Below are positions 28,775 to 36,632 of a stretch of DNA of 64,000 bases, one piece after another. The position numbers and the translations under genes were made by a program. How positions within the stretch are numbered: position 1 is the stretch's first letter; each line of letters begins with the position of its first letter. Under the pieces are notes generated by a model. That model saw nothing but the letters and a program-made list of their open reading frames with translations, made no database searches and had not been told where the DNA came from. The DNA is from Bacteroidota bacterium (GTDB lineage: Bacteria; Bacteroidota; Bacteroidia; Bacteroidales; FEN-979): assembly GCA_037131145.1 (NCBI GenBank), contig JBAXRP010000001.1:2587-66586 (forward strand). The letters are read 5' to 3'.

Positions 28775-28804
28775 GTAAAAAAGCCTCAGGTTCTCTGAAG
28801 CCTT
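28775..28804 (-). terminator. terminator-like hairpin with T-run between the hexahaem gene and the downstream operon
   Basis: On the minus strand, AGGCTTCAG...CTGAGGCTT (two G-U pairs) is followed by TTTTTTAC. Confidence 0.45.
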
Positions 28805-28845
28805 TTTCGCAAATAATTATGACTTTATTACAGATTTGTCAATAT

Positions 28846-28900
28846 CCAGAGAAAACACAAATTCCAAAAATAAAATGTGATTTATTTCTGGAATCTGTGT
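28846..28900 (-). terminator. terminator hairpin after the hexahaem cytochrome gene; also contains the AAATTCCAA repeat core
   Basis: acacaaattccaaaaataaa (28855-28874) pairs with tttatttctggaatctgtgt (28881-28900), 18/20 complementary. A TTTT tract follows on the minus strand. Confidence 0.55.
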
Positions 28901-28915
28901 TGCAATAAAAAACAA

Positions 28916-30220
28916 TTATGGATGTGCAGTTACCCAATCAATCGAATTTTGTAAAAGCTGTAATGCATAAGGAGGATTATGAACGCCTAATGATAATTCA
29001 CTGTTGATATAGGCATAATTGTAAGCAGCTCCTAATTCTCCATATTTCCATACACGGCCTATTCTGTTAGCAAAATCGGTATCTTTTGCGTATTTCAGCA
29101 TATTGCCGTAAATCACCAGACCAGTTGTAGGGCTAACCGTATTGTTACTTGCACTGGTTGCATAAAGTTCTGAACTTGTAACAGTTTGGTACAGTTTTCC
29201 ATTAAAATCGTGGCTTGGCTGAGCGCTGTACGATACAACGCCGGAGGTACTTGTAGTTTTCTTGAAAACTTTTCTCGCAGTAAGGAGTTCGGCTAATTCA
29301 ATGCGTTTTGCATCAATAAGGGCTTGAACAGGTGTTATTTTATCGCCACCGTGGCAAGCAGTACATTCAGCTTTGTTAGCCCATAATGTATGACCACCAG
29401 TTGAGTCGGCTGGATTATATGTATTCATGTGGCAATCAGTACATGCAAAAGCAGAGTGTTTCCAAGTTCTTGTATAGGTTTTGCCTTGATATTCATAACC
29501 ATTAATACCTGAAAATAAATTTGACTGGTTTCCATCATGAACCGAGAAGCTTCTCCCTACACGGTATTGAACAGTATCAAGATCGTTTGTATTTACAAAA
29601 GGAAAGTATGGCAGTTGATCAAATGCCTTATTTATAACCTGAGGTCTGAGAGTAGTGTCGGAATAAACCAGAGAGGTATAGCCACGAATCTGGTGACAAC
29701 TAACACACAGATTATTAATTGCGCCAAAATCCGTCGCAGTAAGATTTTTGTTATAATTTAAATACACAGGGTTAATATTCGTTAAAATTTGAGAAACTGT
29801 GTCGCCTGTAAAATCAAATGAACTATGTTTATGGCACGTTGTGCAGTTAATTCTGTTAGCAGTTGGCATGTCGTTGGCTACAATAAATTTCCCACTACCG
29901 AGATTCTGCATAAATCCTTCACTTGTATGACATCCTGCGCAAAACTTGGTATTTCTTGCGCTTGTTGTACCAAGATAATGTTTTGAGAAATGATACTCAG
30001 CAATTTTAGTATCAAAATTAGCAATTGTGTGGCAAACAAGACAGGAAGCAGTTCCGTCTTTTCCATTTAAGCCATCAACACCGTTCACGCCATTAATTCC
30101 GTTTACTCCGTTTACTCCGGCAGTACCCTGCGGACCTTCTTTGGTGCAGGCAGTAAACATCAACATTGCAGCCGAAACCATCATTCCGGCAACAATAATA
30201 AATTTGTGTAATTTTTTCAT
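28916..30220 (-). CDS. hexahaem cytochrome c lipoprotein with a collagen-like G-X-Y linker
   Basis: Six CxxCH motifs (CLVCH, CAGCH, CTTCH, CVSCH, CTDCH, CTACH). I chose the start at ATG 30220 (MKKLHKFIIVAGMMVSAAMLMFTAC, a lipobox) rather than the track TTG at 30292. Nine G-X-Y triplets follow directly after the lipid-anchor Cys. Confidence 0.85.
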   Translation of the reverse strand: MKKLHKFIIVAGMMVSAAMLMFTACTKEGPQGTAGVNGVNGINGVNGVDGLNGKDGTASCLVCHTIANFDTKIAEYHFSKHYLGTTSARNTKFCAGCHTSEGFMQNLGSGKFIVANDMPTANRINCTTCHKHSSFDFTGDTVSQILTNINPVYLNYNKNLTATDFGAINNLCVSCHQIRGYTSLVYSDTTLRPQVINKAFDQLPYFPFVNTNDLDTVQYRVGRSFSVHDGNQSNLFSGINGYEYQGKTYTRTWKHSAFACTDCHMNTYNPADSTGGHTLWANKAECTACHGGDKITPVQALIDAKRIELAELLTARKVFKKTTSTSGVVSYSAQPSHDFNGKLYQTVTSSELYATSASNNTVSPTTGLVIYGNMLKYAKDTDFANRIGRVWKYGELGAAYNYAYINSELSLGVHNPPYALQLLQNSIDWVTAHP

Positions 30221-30373
30221 TTTTTTACAGATTTTGTTAATAAATACGTTTGAATTGCAGCAGACAACTTGTGCAAAAAGTTTCCGCGACAAAAGTATCT
30301 AAGAAAACAAGAGCCCCTCGTATGGTATTGGTGAGATTTGTTAATATAATAACTGACATTTCTCAACAGCCTG

Positions 30374-30387
30374 TTGATAAATATCAA
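30374..30387. promoter_or_regulatory. perfect FNR/CRP-family box TTGAT-AAAT-ATCAA upstream of the hexahaem cytochrome gene
   Basis: 10/10 match to TTGAT-N4-ATCAA. It lies 154 nt upstream of ATG 30220 and 14 nt downstream of the Crp/Fnr gene stop. A TACTTTTG -7 box sits at 30290-30297 on the minus strand. Confidence 0.7.
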
Positions 30388-30400
30388 TCATTATATATAA

Positions 30401-31096
30401 TCAGCCAGTTTCGCTGATCTGACGAAGTTGTTTTACATTAAGGATTTCCATTTTATTTCCTGCAACAGTTAATATACCCTCCTCCTTAAATTCTTTTAAA
30501 ATTCTTATGGCGCTTTCCTTTGACATGCCCGAAAGATCGGCCAGATCCTGCCGCGAAATGCTTAGTTCAAAAGGATTCTTGCAATAGATTTTTTCGGAAA
30601 GGTAAAAAATGACGTCGGCAATCCTACCGGGCATTTGCTTTTGAGTCAGACTAACGATTTGTTCAAAGTTAAAGATGGATTGCAGAGATACTCGTTTTAA
30701 AAAATCCTCGGCAAAATCGGGGTTTTCACGAATCAGTTTTTTAAAAACGGATGCATCAACAAGGCAGGCGGTACAGTCTTCAACGGCTGATGCTGAATAA
30801 TAGTGACGATTATCAACGTATATACCAGGTCCGAAGATGTAATCCACAGGTTTTACAAGCGCCAGAATAAGATTCTTGCCATAGCCCTCAATATAGATCT
30901 TTGCCAATCCGGATGTTATACAAACAAAGTATGGCGAAGGAGTGCCTTGTTTGAAAATGATTTCTCCACCTTTATAATCAACCTGAAATCGGCTGTTGTT
31001 GATCAGATCAAGCTCCGTCGAACCTAAATTTTTAAAAATCTGAGTTTTGCAGTTGCAATCATTACAATTGGATGCCTGATGATTTTTATTGATCAT
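30401..31096 (-). CDS. Crp/Fnr-family transcriptional regulator with an N-terminal Cys cluster
   Basis: cNMP-binding-like beta-roll followed by a C-terminal HTH (RQDLADLSGMSKESAIRILKEF). I chose the start at ATG 31096 (MINKNHQASNCNDCNC), because the 23 extra residues of the track ORF are implausibly hydrophobic. Confidence 0.85.
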   Translation of the reverse strand: MINKNHQASNCNDCNCKTQIFKNLGSTELDLINNSRFQVDYKGGEIIFKQGTPSPYFVCITSGLAKIYIEGYGKNLILALVKPVDYIFGPGIYVDNRHYYSASAVEDCTACLVDASVFKKLIRENPDFAEDFLKRVSLQSIFNFEQIVSLTQKQMPGRIADVIFYLSEKIYCKNPFELSISRQDLADLSGMSKESAIRILKEFKEEGILTVAGNKMEILNVKQLRQISETG

Positions 31097-31192
31097 TATA
31101 CTGCCTCTTAGACTTTGCTTTTTAGTATCGGACAAAATTAGTAATAAAATGATAAAAAGCAACAATTTTACTATTTTTCATCAACTAAGAGG

Positions 31193-31206
31193 TTGATAAA
31201 AATCAA
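31193..31206. promoter_or_regulatory. perfect FNR box TTGAT-AAAA-ATCAA upstream of the Crp/Fnr gene
   Basis: 10/10 half-site match, 97 nt upstream of ATG 31096. A TAATTTTG -7 box sits at 31133-31140 on the minus strand. Confidence 0.7.
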
Positions 31207-31290
31207 TTGACTGTTTTATTTTTAACAAGGTTTAGGATTTCAGGCTCCATGCTTTAAAATTCGACATTCGGTTTTTCAGTTTTTCAGTTT

Positions 31291-32280
31291 TCACATAAGT
31301 TCAGCATTTTCGAGATATTCGGCGATTTGAACAGCATTGGTGGCGGCGCCTTTGCGAAGGTTATCAGCAACGATAAATAAATTGAGGGAGGCAGGTTGGG
31401 ATTCATCCCGTCGGATACGACCGACAAAAACCGCATCCGACCCTTTTGCAATCAGAGGCATCGGATATATATTCTTTGCCGGATCATCCTGAATAACTAT
31501 TCCGGGAGTTCCTGATAATATCGCTTTTATATCAGGTAATGTGAAATCATGTTCAAATTCAACGTTTACCGCTTCTGAATGTCCGCCCAATACAGGAACC
31601 CTCACAATAGTTGAGGTGATCCTGATGGAATAATCGTTCAGAATTTTATGTGTTTCATTTCGAAGTTTCATCTCTTCCGTGGTATATCCGTTTTCGAGAA
31701 AATCGCCGCCATGAGGAAACAGGTTCAGGTCTATCTGGTGTGGATATGCCATCGCCCCTGAAACGCCATTGCGTTCATTTTCTAATTGTCGCACCGCTTT
31801 TGCTCCAGTTCCCGTTACCGATTGATAAGTAGAAACCACGATTCTTCTGATGCGGTATTTTTCATGCAGCGGCGCGAGCGCCATAACCAATTGAATTGTA
31901 GAACAGTTTGGATTAGCTATTATTTTATGCGCGCTAGTAAGGATTGAAGCGTTGATTTCAGGAACAATCAGCGGAACATCCGGATCCATACGCCATGCCG
32001 AAGAGTTATCAATTACCGTACATCCAGCCGATGCATATCGTTTAGCCCATTCCTTCGAAACTGTGGCGCCGGCAGAAAAGATGGCTAAATCCGGGTTATG
32101 CGTAATCGCAACAGTATTTGATTGAACAACGTGGGTTTGATTATTGAATATAACCGATGATCCTTCCGATTTTGCGGAAGCAACAGGAATCAACAAATCC
32201 GGGTGGAATTTGCGCTCTTCCAGAACCTTCAGTATTTCTCTGCCTACCAGTCCGGTAGCGCCTACAATTGCCAGTTTCAT
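31291..32280 (-). CDS. asd: aspartate-semialdehyde dehydrogenase
   Basis: 329 aa with the N-terminal Rossmann motif MKLAIVGATGLVG, the active-site region NPNCST, and an Asd-typical length. Confidence 0.92.
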   Translation of the reverse strand: MKLAIVGATGLVGREILKVLEERKFHPDLLIPVASAKSEGSSVIFNNQTHVVQSNTVAITHNPDLAIFSAGATVSKEWAKRYASAGCTVIDNSSAWRMDPDVPLIVPEINASILTSAHKIIANPNCSTIQLVMALAPLHEKYRIRRIVVSTYQSVTGTGAKAVRQLENERNGVSGAMAYPHQIDLNLFPHGGDFLENGYTTEEMKLRNETHKILNDYSIRITSTIVRVPVLGGHSEAVNVEFEHDFTLPDIKAILSGTPGIVIQDDPAKNIYPMPLIAKGSDAVFVGRIRRDESQPASLNLFIVADNLRKGAATNAVQIAEYLENAELM

Positions 32281-32396
32281 GCGGGGTCGAGTTTTGGCAA
32301 AGATACTGAAATGGCGAAATGACGAAATGGTAAAAAAAGTTATTAACAGTGGTTTTACTTTTGGGGTTTTTGGGGATTAAACAGAAAAATGAAATC

Positions 32397-34985
32397 ATGA
32401 AAAAAATATTTTTCTTTCTTTGCCTTGCTCCTATGATGGGGCTGGGGCAGGTTATTGATAATTTTTCGGATGGAAATTTTTCGGTCAATCCCGCGTGGAC
32501 AGGCGATACGGCGCAATTTGAGGTTAGTTTGGGCAATCAACTCCAGTTGCAATCATCCGGCGCCGACACTTCCGTTCTTCTTACTCCCAACAGTAGAACG
32601 CTAAATACCGAATGGAGTTTCTGGATGAAATTATCTTTCAATACCTCAGCAAATAATCACGCAAGGATTTATTTACTGTCCGATTCGGCAAATCTGAAAT
32701 GCGCCAACGCTATCTTTTTGCAGGTTGGAGGCTCCGATGATTCCATCGCGATAATTAAGCAGAATGGCATTGAGCTAACATCATTATACAGATTCAAATC
32801 ATATAAAACCGATAATTCTACAAATATCATGCGGTTCAGAATAATCAGAGACGACCGGGGCGACTGGGAAACAAATATTGATACAACCGGTGGTTTCAAT
32901 TATATTCCTGATGGCGGTTTTTCGGAAAATTCATTGTTTCAATCCAGATGGTTTGGAGTTTACTGCCGTTATACATCAAGCAATGCTACAAAATTATGGT
33001 TTGATGATTTCTATGTAGGAGCGATCATACATGATACTACTCCGCCACAAGTAATCTCACAGGAAATTATCTCTGAAAATATAATCAAAATTGCAATGTC
33101 GGAACCCATTCAGAAGCAGGAGGCGGAAAACCCCGAAAACTTCAGGCTTTTTTCAGGTGGTTATCCCGATTCGGCAAAACTGGAAGTAAACGATCCAACA
33201 GTTATTATTCTTAGTTTTCCCGGAATATTCCCCGAAGGTGTGATTGATACATTATCCGTTCATGGCATAAGCGACCTCAACGGAAACATAATTCTGGATA
33301 CCCTGGTTCCGGTTTTTTATTACAAGCCAAAGGCTTTTGACATTGTAATCGTCGAAATTCTTGCCGACCCTGAGCCGCCGGTTGAACTGCCTGTTGCAGA
33401 ATTTGTAGAATTATACAACCGCACCGTTTATCCGCTGAATCTGAAAGATTGGACATTTCAGTATGGAAGCTATTCAAAAATATTCCCAGATGTGACGATA
33501 CCTCCAAAAAACTATTTGATTATATCTAAAGATTCGGTTTTCCTCCATTTTGGTTTATGCACAACATTGTTCACGTCATCAAGTTCATTGTCAAATGAAG
33601 GTACAACATTGGCGCTAATGGATCAGAAAAAGCATGTAATTCATTCAGTTTCATATAGCCCTGAATGGTTTGGCGGTTCCTTCAAAGGGGATGGAGGATG
33701 GTCGCTCGAAATGTCCGACCCTGAAAATCCTTGCGGTTGTATGGAAAACTGGTGCGCCTCCACCGATTATTCCGGAGGAACTCCAGGAAGAATAAATTCG
33801 AATTTCAGGTCAAATCCAGATATTACCAAACCTCTCATTTCAAGGGCTTTTATCGCCGATTCATCTACGCTGAAAGTGAGTTTTTCGGAAGCCATGGATA
33901 GCCTTACTTTGCTTTCGCGTGAGAAATGGATTGTAAACCCTGAAGAGTTGGGACATCCCGAAAGTGTGGAACCTGAAGCGCCAAGGTTTGACGCGGTAAA
34001 ATTGCATTTTAACAATCCGTTTTCGAGAGGCGTTTTATATAATTTGGCAATCGCCGGCAAAATGAAAGATTGTGTCGGAAACCAGATTGATTCATCGCGG
34101 AATGTGCGGTTTGCAATTCCCGATTCCGTAGCGCTTCACGATATTGTAATCAATGAGTTTTTACCTGATCCCGCCACCGGCGGATCGAGATTTGCGGAAC
34201 TTTATAACCGTTCGGAAAAGATACTTGATCTGCAATCATTGGTCATCGCGGTTAGCGACAGCGCAAGCCTTCAGTCTGATGCAGAACCATTGACTGATAA
34301 TGGCTATTTGTTGTTTCCTGGCGATTATGTGGCGTTTACTTCCATTCCTGCTGATATTATTTCACGCTACCGACCACAGTTTCCAGAAGCGATTATGGGG
34401 ATGGAAAAATTCCCAACTTTGGGAAATGATTCGGGAACCGTTATCATTGCGCGAAAGGACAACTTTACCATTATTGACCGGGTTCGGTATGACGCAGCCA
34501 TGCATTATCCGATATTGGCGACAACCGAAGGCGTTTCACTTGAACGGGCAAGCCCTGAGTTACCATCCGACGACAGGAACAATTGGCATTCGGCGGCAGA
34601 AACCGTAGGATTTGCGACGCCGGGATACCTAAATTCGCACCGGCTTGATTCGCCAAACGATGGGTTGGATATATCGGTAACGCCGGAAGTTTTTTCACCG
34701 GATAACGACGGGTTTGACGATCTGCTGAATATCGCAATTCGTGAACCAAATCCTGGATTTTCAGTTAATATTTACATTTACGATTCGCATGGAAGAGCGA
34801 TAAAACAGTTGGCAAACCAGGTTTATGCAGGCAACGAGGGGGTTTTCTGCTGGGATGGAATGACTGGCGCAAACAGAAAAGCCGGAATCGGCATATATGT
34901 TTTGCTGATCGAATTAACAAGGCAGGATGGAACTGTAAAAAAAGTGAAGAAAACCACGGTACTTGGAGGAAAGTTATCACAATAA
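32397..34985 (+). CDS. secreted protein with two lamin-tail (LTD) domains and a gliding/T9SS-type C-terminal domain
   Basis: Start chosen at ATG 32397 (MKKIFFFLCLAPMMGLGQ, a signal peptide). LTD signatures IVIVEILADPEP..EFVELYNRT and IVINEFLPDPA..FAELYNRS. The C-terminus reads FSPDNDGFDD...GIYVLLIEL. Confidence 0.75.
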   Translation: MKKIFFFLCLAPMMGLGQVIDNFSDGNFSVNPAWTGDTAQFEVSLGNQLQLQSSGADTSVLLTPNSRTLNTEWSFWMKLSFNTSANNHARIYLLSDSANLKCANAIFLQVGGSDDSIAIIKQNGIELTSLYRFKSYKTDNSTNIMRFRIIRDDRGDWETNIDTTGGFNYIPDGGFSENSLFQSRWFGVYCRYTSSNATKLWFDDFYVGAIIHDTTPPQVISQEIISENIIKIAMSEPIQKQEAENPENFRLFSGGYPDSAKLEVNDPTVIILSFPGIFPEGVIDTLSVHGISDLNGNIILDTLVPVFYYKPKAFDIVIVEILADPEPPVELPVAEFVELYNRTVYPLNLKDWTFQYGSYSKIFPDVTIPPKNYLIISKDSVFLHFGLCTTLFTSSSSLSNEGTTLALMDQKKHVIHSVSYSPEWFGGSFKGDGGWSLEMSDPENPCGCMENWCASTDYSGGTPGRINSNFRSNPDITKPLISRAFIADSSTLKVSFSEAMDSLTLLSREKWIVNPEELGHPESVEPEAPRFDAVKLHFNNPFSRGVLYNLAIAGKMKDCVGNQIDSSRNVRFAIPDSVALHDIVINEFLPDPATGGSRFAELYNRSEKILDLQSLVIAVSDSASLQSDAEPLTDNGYLLFPGDYVAFTSIPADIISRYRPQFPEAIMGMEKFPTLGNDSGTVIIARKDNFTIIDRVRYDAAMHYPILATTEGVSLERASPELPSDDRNNWHSAAETVGFATPGYLNSHRLDSPNDGLDISVTPEVFSPDNDGFDDLLNIAIREPNPGFSVNIYIYDSHGRAIKQLANQVYAGNEGVFCWDGMTGANRKAGIGIYVLLIELTRQDGTVKKVKKTTVLGGKLSQ

Positions 34986-35666
34986 AGCGGTGGCAATACA
35001 AGCAATGCTGATCTTAACTTCTGGTATCAACTCTAATGCGTGAATGCAGGATTCGAGGGTGGCACCGGTTGTAACTACATCATCAACAAGCAATAGATGC
35101 TTTCCGCGCCATTGTTCAGGCTCTTTCACGAGGAATATCTCGCGAACATTCTGATACCTTCTGAAACGCGATTTGCGGGTTTGCGTTTCGGTGGCTTTTG
35201 TGCGTATAAGTAAATGCCGGTTCACCGGAATTTTCATTGCGGATGAGAGACCAATGCCAAACTGCTCGCTTTGGTTATAGCCTCGTTTCATGTATTTCTT
35301 TTTGTGCAAAGGAACCGGAATGATCAAATCGGCACAATTAAACAAGGGAGCATATTTCAGGGTTTGTCCGTAAAACGAGCCAAGAAAAATCCCGATATCC
35401 TTTCTTCCCTTGTATTTCAACTGATGTACCAATTGCTGAACTTTATTTCCTTTGTTGAAATAGAGAAAAGCCGCGCCAGAGAAGAGAGACGCCCTGCCCC
35501 AGAATATCCGCGCCACTGGATTATCCTCCGAAAAATGAAAATTGGTTTTCGGAAGATGAAATTCACAGGAATGGCAGATTACATCTTCGTGTTTCCACAA
35601 ACTGTTGCCACAGGCGGCGCAAATCCTTGGAAAGATAAGTGAAGTGAAGTCGCTTAACCATTTCAT
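34977..35666 (-). CDS. ComF-family phosphoribosyltransferase-domain protein
   Basis: 229 aa with an N-terminal Cys4 (CAAC...CHSC) and the PRTase motif LLLVDDVVTTGATL. Confidence 0.85.
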   Translation of the reverse strand: MKWLSDFTSLIFPRICAACGNSLWKHEDVICHSCEFHLPKTNFHFSEDNPVARIFWGRASLFSGAAFLYFNKGNKVQQLVHQLKYKGRKDIGIFLGSFYGQTLKYAPLFNCADLIIPVPLHKKKYMKRGYNQSEQFGIGLSSAMKIPVNRHLLIRTKATETQTRKSRFRRYQNVREIFLVKEPEQWRGKHLLLVDDVVTTGATLESCIHALELIPEVKISIACIATALL

Positions 35667-35760
35667 CGGTTTTTAATGGTTAATCGGTATTGATGGCAAA
35701 AGGTGAAACCGGTTTTAAAGATTTTTTATTTTTCAATCGTATATCGGCTAAAAAAACCAG

Positions 35761-35774
35761 TTGATCGCTATCAA
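35761..35774. promoter_or_regulatory. perfect FNR box TTGAT-CGCT-ATCAA
   Basis: 10/10 half-site match in the 186-bp gap upstream of the ComF-family gene, 95 nt from its ATG. Confidence 0.5.
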
Positions 35775-35852
35775 GTCTCATTGAAACTAAAGGAATTCAA
35801 ATTTTTGCCGGGTATGGGGTCGCGCCACCATTTTGATGGCATCATTCCACCC

Positions 35853-36629
35853 TCAGCGGCATACCCTGAATCCAACGTAGCCATACCTATATGTAGGATT
35901 AGCGCTTTCGCGGTCGGCGGTGCGCAAACCGGCTTGGTCGTAAAACCAGCTTCCACCTCGAATGACCCGGAAAATGCCTTCGGAGGGTCCGGTTGGATTG
36001 TTTTTTGGCGATATTTTGTACCAATTGGCATCATACCAGTCGGAGCACCATTCAAAAACATTTCCGGTCATATCGTAAATACCAAGTTCATTCGGTTTTT
36101 TCAGTCCTGTTTGATGAGTCATCATATTCGAGTTTCCGACTTTCCAGGCTACACTAATTTCTGCATTGCTTCCACTGTATTTATAACCTTTCGACAGTGC
36201 GCCGCCTCGTGCCGCATACTCCCATTCCGCTTCGGTGGGGAGGCGGTAATTCATTTTAGTTTTTTCGTTAAGTTTCTCAATATACTCCTGAACATTGTTC
36301 CAACTTACCCGCTCAACAGGACAACTGTCGCAGCCCATAAAATAGCGCTTACTGGTGTCCTGGTCCATAATTAGCTCCCATTGTTTCTGTGTAACTTCAT
36401 ATTTGCCGATATAAAAATCGTCCAAAATAACCTCATGAACCGGTTGCTCATCGGCGCCGCCTAATAAAGAACCCATTTTAAATTTTCCGCCCTGAATAAA
36501 AACCATTTCATGATTTTTCTCCTGAGCCATAATAAAATTAATGGAGAACAAGAAAATCAATGTGATACCGGAAATTTTAAGAAGTAAGTACATCATTTGA
36601 AAACTATTTATCCCATTCATCCGGGGCAA
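35853..36629 (-). CDS. formylglycine-generating enzyme family protein (SUMF1/EgtB/PvdO-like)
   Basis: 258 aa with a signal/TM leader and the motifs WEYAARGG, GIYDMTGNVFEWCSDWY and RVIRGGSW. Confidence 0.85.
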   Translation of the reverse strand: MPRMNGINSFQMMYLLLKISGITLIFLFSINFIMAQEKNHEMVFIQGGKFKMGSLLGGADEQPVHEVILDDFYIGKYEVTQKQWELIMDQDTSKRYFMGCDSCPVERVSWNNVQEYIEKLNEKTKMNYRLPTEAEWEYAARGGALSKGYKYSGSNAEISVAWKVGNSNMMTHQTGLKKPNELGIYDMTGNVFEWCSDWYDANWYKISPKNNPTGPSEGIFRVIRGGSWFYDQAGLRTADRESANPTYRYGYVGFRVCR

Positions 36630-36632
36630 TAA

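Noticed and set aside
31262-31290. A short tandem gtttttca repeat downstream of asd.
   Set aside because: There are only two to three short AT-rich units and no recurrence elsewhere in the window. It is not distinguishable from chance.
35703-36374. A 223-aa plus-strand ORF.
   Set aside because: It is antisense to the well-supported FGE/SUMF1-family gene (35853-36629), has no recognisable motif and has odd composition. It is a typical shadow ORF.
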